DNA of 64,000 nt from Azolla caroliniana (lineage: Eukaryota; Plantae; Polypodiophyta), in NCBI GenBank assembly GCA_043228905.1, contig JBHGNT010000004.1, forward strand, positions 8,866,001 to 8,930,000, read 5' to 3'. The notes under the pieces were generated by a model that was given only the letters and a program-made list of their open reading frames with translations, was not told where the DNA came from and did not search any database. The translations under genes and the position numbers were made by a program. Shown here piece by piece: positions 59,271 through 64,000 of the stretch (the stretch's first letter is position 1; each line of letters opens with the position of its first letter).

Positions 59271-59925
59271 ACCATAAGTTGGTTGAAGATAGAGCTTGGT
59301 TAGCAAATAAGGTCTTGGATACATGGAGCATTACTAGAAATGTAATGTGGTGGCGTAGAGTTTTAGATGTAGGGTGGCAACCTCATCTTCCATTCCGTGC
59401 AAAGGTGTTTCTTTGGCGTGCCATAGTTGTGTGGGTTGCCTTTGGCGATGACCTTAAAACGAAGACATATTTCGAATGGGACATGTTTTTTCTTGTACGG
59501 TGGTTGAAGAAGATGCCAAACATAGGCCATTTGGGTGATTATGTCACAAATTTGGGCATCAATAGTAGAAAATATTTTGTCACTTTATAAATGGGTTTAT
59601 ATGGATGAGGATAAAGTTATGCCCACACCATCATATAAGGTAGTTTTTTATTACCTTAGATATTGGGGAATATGGTTTAATTGGGCCATGAGAAATGAAT
59701 TCTTGTTTGATGGACTTCATGGGATAACACAACAACTCCGTAGGATGAAAGGGAAATTGATTTGGCAATTTTCAAAACTATGTTGTATGGGGATCTTGTC
59801 CCAAGAGGAGATAGACTTATGTCATCTAGTTTTACAGAAGTTGAGAGGGTTTCCCTTGCACTATCACTATTTATGAAGTAGTGAAGATAGCGAGGGTTGT
59901 ATTATCATATTGTTTTAATAACAAA
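59271..59925 (+). mobile_element. LINE 3' fragment (zf-RVT region)
   Basis: WQPHLPFRAKVFLWR and FYYLRYWG motifs, homologous to 5380-5720. Confidence 0.75.
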
Positions 59926-59929
59926 CATT

Positions 59930-62900
59930 GATTTACGAAAAAGAAGAAGAAGAGAGAGTTCAGCCCACAAACTGACAACACTTCGTCCTCCCAAAACCGG
60001 ATGCCTAAAATAGGCTCAAGTCTTCCCTTTTATAGCACAAGGGGAGACCGTTACATTGTGTTCGGTGTCAGAGATCCCCCCACTCCTTGATCTCTTTCTC
60101 TACGTGTGTGACTTTCAAGTACCTCATTGAATCCTACTACCTAGTACTTGGTTGATGTACATTGGTGCACACACCCGTTCGCGTGCACTTGGGTCCATTT
60201 CTCTTTATGGTCGTAATCCTTCACGACAACGTTGTCGTGCCTTTCGGCGCCGGATTGTTTGTGTGAATCCCACGAGTATGAGATAATGTTAGTTAGGAAG
60301 AGATTGCAAGAAGAAGATATGAAACTCGTGAATCCCACGAGTATACTGTATTAATTGATACTTTGATTGTAAGAGAGAAATAGATGGTAAAATCGTGAGT
60401 CCCACGAGTATACTGTATTAATTGATACTTTGATTGTAAGAGAGAAATAGATGGTAAAATCGTGAATCCCACGATTATTTTATATTATTCAAACCTTATA
60501 AAAATCAACAACCCCTATACATCTTTCTCTCTTCCTTATATAGTGTTTGAAGAGTCTAAGTTTATCACATGCAAGCATCATGTTATTCCTAACTTTAGTT
60601 TTCATGCACACTGCATGTGCATGATTAGCTTTCTATCCCATCTTTTCTTTTAACTCGAGTGTGTATGCATGAATAACTTTTTGTATCATGCATATATAGA
60701 ATATTTACATGGGATAAAGTTTAGGATACTTTTACAATTCATAATATGCTAGTATAGTGGTAAGGCTTAAAAATAGTTAACATGGAGGTACAAGGTTCGA
60801 ATCTTGCCCTCTCCATGTAACAATCTTTTCTTTTATTTATTTGTGTCTTCATCCGGTGAGAGACACTCACAGGCCTTCTTTATCTGGCTCTTGCCAGTTC
60901 TGCTTGATCCGGCTCTTACCGGGTCTCCTTACCGGTTCCTCCTTGCCGATTCCATCCTTCATCCAGTTCTCACCGGTTCCTCCTTACCGATTTTATCCTT
61001 CATCCGGTTCTCACCGGTTCCTCCTTACCAATTCCATCCGGAGGGACAAAAATGCAATTTTCACGTAGTGTGAAAATTACACTACGACACTCGCCCCCTC
61101 CAAACCCGCACATCCTCCGGTATGTGCCGAAGCTCCCGATGCCTGTTGTTCATCTTCATCCATAGCACTACCCAATTCCTCCCTTATATAAATCATCAAT
61201 TGTAGACCACTTTCTTCAGTTTCCGCATCACCGCGATCTTTGTCTGGTTGCTTCTCGTTGTCGGTCTTGTCTAGGGTTACATAGGGTTCGTCGTCAGTCC
61301 ACTTCTTGAAGATCTTTACCCGTTTTCCCACTATAGGCACTGGTAGTATCGTCCCATCCAACTTGCATAGTCGGTAAGATCCATTCTCGAAAACTTTCCG
61401 AACCTCGTATGGCCCGAACCACCTTTTCGCAAACTTCCGTATCGCTGTATGTTAATGATCCAGACTACTGTCATAGACAATCACCCAATCTCCTTCTTCA
61501 ATCTTCCGCAGTCGTAGTCGATGTTTTGTGTCGAATTGGCTTTTGTTCCTAAATCCTGCTTCTTGTTGTCGGCGTGCTGCTTCCGCTATGTCTTCCGGTC
61601 TTCCCTCTAGTTGTCGTATCCAGACCACTAGTAGTTCTTCCTGGGTCATCTCTTCCTTCCACGGTAGCATTGTCCATGTTGCGATCACGATTTCTGTCGC
61701 CATTACCAGTGCTTGTCCGGTCATAAGTTCAGTCGGCATATAACCGGTTACGGAGCTATGCGTCGTCCGATCCGCCCATAGTGCATACAGGAGCATTTGC
61801 GGCCTCTGGATTTTTCCGTTGGCCTCTGGATTGTATGCCGTTGTTAGTGTTAACTGAACTCCATGTTTGGTGAAGAATTCCCTAGCTTTATCTGAGTCGA
61901 ATTCTCCCCGATCCGCAATCACTTCTCCTACGCACCCGTACTTGCAAAACACTTATTCCAAAAGGAATTGGCATACCGCAAAACACGTTTTCCTCCATAG
62001 CGATCGACCTTCTACTTGGTTTATGAGATCTTCCAGAACTAACACACAGGAAGTCCTTTTGTCCGATCCAAGTTGGCATAGCTACAATGTCGACCATCCA
62101 TTTGAAGTTGATTGTCGGTGAGAATGTTGGATGTAACTCGTCTCGGTGTCGAACTCCGAAGTAGATTTGACACTTCTCGCAGCTTTCCATGAACTCCGCT
62201 ATATCTTTGTACATATTCTTCCACCAATATTTTGTTTGATTTTCACAAAAGTTGCCCATGTTCCACGATGTCCAGCCCAATCGGATTCATGAAACTCGGA
62301 CATTATGCAGTTTCGTTGCTCTTTCGTCCCGACTACCCAAAGTGGTATGCCACCCGGTATTTTTGGCTCCCTCCATATTAATCCATTTTTCAAGAAGAAC
62401 TTTTGGACTTGCCTCTTCTACCTTCGGATCTCAACTCTCTTCTCTTTATCATCCAGTGATTACTCAATCTCTTATAGCACCTTCCTAATCATCAAGCTTT
62501 CTCCCTCGTACTCTTCTTCTCGGAATTCTCGGATTACGTTTAATCGGCATATGTGCTCCGAAGCAAAGTAGTCTTCAGAAACTTCTTCAGTATCGGATTC
62601 AGCTATGTCGTCTCCAAACCGAGCCTTTGATAGCATATCCATTACTGCGTTGTCTTTTCCGGAGATGTATCATATGTCCGGGTTAAGCGACTTAACATAT
62701 GCAATCCATCTTAGCATAGCCACATCCGGTATCGTGCAAGACCGCATCATCCCAAGTATCAGAAGACAATCCATTTCGATCACTACTTTGGCTCCGATCA
62801 AATAATCTCGATCTGATTTGATTGACGACACGACTCCCCATAACTGTCTTTGGACTTGTGCATACCTGCGTTGCCTTTCGTTGAGAACCTTTGCTTTGAA

Positions 62901-64000
62901 TCGGATCGGATATCGCGAACCATCCGAGTCGGCTTGATTGATGACCCACACGATTCTGGTTGGATTCGTGTCAACTGTTACTATGATCGGTCGGTCATAG
63001 CTCGGCTTGTTAAGTGATTCCGCACTCCGTAGTGTTTTCTTAAGCTTCTTCATGGCTTTAGTATGTTCCGGTCTCCATTCGAACTTCTTACCCTTCCGCA
63101 ACAAGTGATAGAGTGGGTCCACAATATGTGCATACTGCAAAATCCATATGTGATAAAATGCACAAGCTCCAAGAACCCTTCAAACTTCGGATTGTGACTC
63201 GCATACTTCTTTCATAGCTTGAATCGCATCAATCTTGGTTGGTGACAGTCTTCGGCCGTAGGGCCCACATTGATGTCTGACTACCAATATTTCTTCTTCT
63301 CCGAATGCCGATTTCTCACCGGAAAGTGTTAGGTGCACATCTTCTAACTTTCGTAGCACTTTCTCGCAATCGCGAATATGGTCGACTACAAACTGTCAGC
63401 ATCCCCGATCATCCATAATCTCATCTTTTTCTTCCACCGTGCATCCTTTCATCGGAATGTCATCTAGGAACGGGCATCGTTATCTCCGGAATGCAGTCTC
63501 AAAGCACCTTGTTCATCGTGTTCATCATATGTGCAACCGAGTTTGTCGCTTCTTGTGGTAGTGTGCACATTCGGACTAATCCTATCGGTGTCCGCATGGT
63601 AGTGATATAGGTCTCCGATGGAGTATATCGCACGACCAGCAAATGCTTCCGCAAATTCGTCCACTATCGGACCGACTCCGGAGTTCCAGATTGTGACTTT
63701 GTTCACAGGTTGTAAATCTTGGATAAATCGGACTGACCCATTCTTCTTCGGAATCGTAAACCATCGATTTGAGTACGGAGAGTTTGATGGCTCTAGAATC
63801 CCCAACACCACCTTCTCCTTGAGCAAGTCGATAACTTTTCAATATGCGCCCGCGGCACCGGAATCAACTTCAGGTTCCGCGGCACATGGTCAATCGTGAA
63901 GATCACCATCAGCTCCACTATCTTCGGATCAACGCACCCTATCTCCTTCGATGTGAATGCAAATGCTTTCCCATGTTGTTCCAACATCCCACGGAATCAT
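59930..64000 (-). mobile_element. Phygy-like Gypsy (family C): degenerate RT, RNase H, integrase, PPT and truncated 3' LTR; continues beyond the window
   Basis: PYSNRWFTIPKKNG, IADRGEFD and YNPEANG motifs; PPT GAGGGGGCGAG at 61100-61090; LTR starts TGTCGTAG at 61089; internal repeats of about 39 bp (60900-61040) and about 67 bp (60327-60474). Confidence 0.88.
60748..60817 (+). promoter_or_regulatory. tRNA-like Pol III cassette in LTR U3
   Basis: A-box TAGTATAGTGG (60750-60760) and B-box GGTTCGAATCT (60794-60804), spacing 44 nt; the B-box sits in a hairpin CATGGAG..CAAG/CTTG..CTCCATG. Confidence 0.7.

Overview
This window is eukaryotic, gene-free, transposon-derived DNA from a land plant. It is most likely a moss or other bryophyte, judged from the retroelement lineages present (Bryco-like and Tork-like Copia, Phygy-like non-chromoviral Gypsy, Tcn1-like chromovirus); lineage names are assigned by motif recognition only. 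The core is a four-tier nest. An L1-type LINE (minus strand) is split by a Copia element (6507-38560, minus). That Copia is split by a Gypsy element (9116-32796, plus) and by a non-coding composite insert (33074-37063). The Gypsy in turn holds three insertions: a young chromovirus with an intact gag-pol ORF (12298-19407), an older Tork-like Copia (19731-24288) and a very young Tork-like Copia with an intact ORF (25204-30655). The right third holds LINE fragments, a small satellite, a 2.5-kb foldback element, Copia remnants, a Tcn1-like chromovirus (53391-59022) and another Phygy-like element running off the end. The most notable pattern is that four different Gypsy LTR families, from two distant lineages, each carry a tRNA-like Pol III cassette (A-box plus B-box, 42-46 nt apart) in U3, always antisense to the element. 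One of these cassettes has been captured and amplified 4x inside the foldback element. Other notable items are a Tf1-type self-priming signature in the Tcn1-like element, a conserved Pol C-terminal extension between two polypurine tracts in the Bryco-like Copia, and an array of about 8 hairpin motifs in the non-coding insert. Coordinates and identities were read by eye; no searches or alignments were run.
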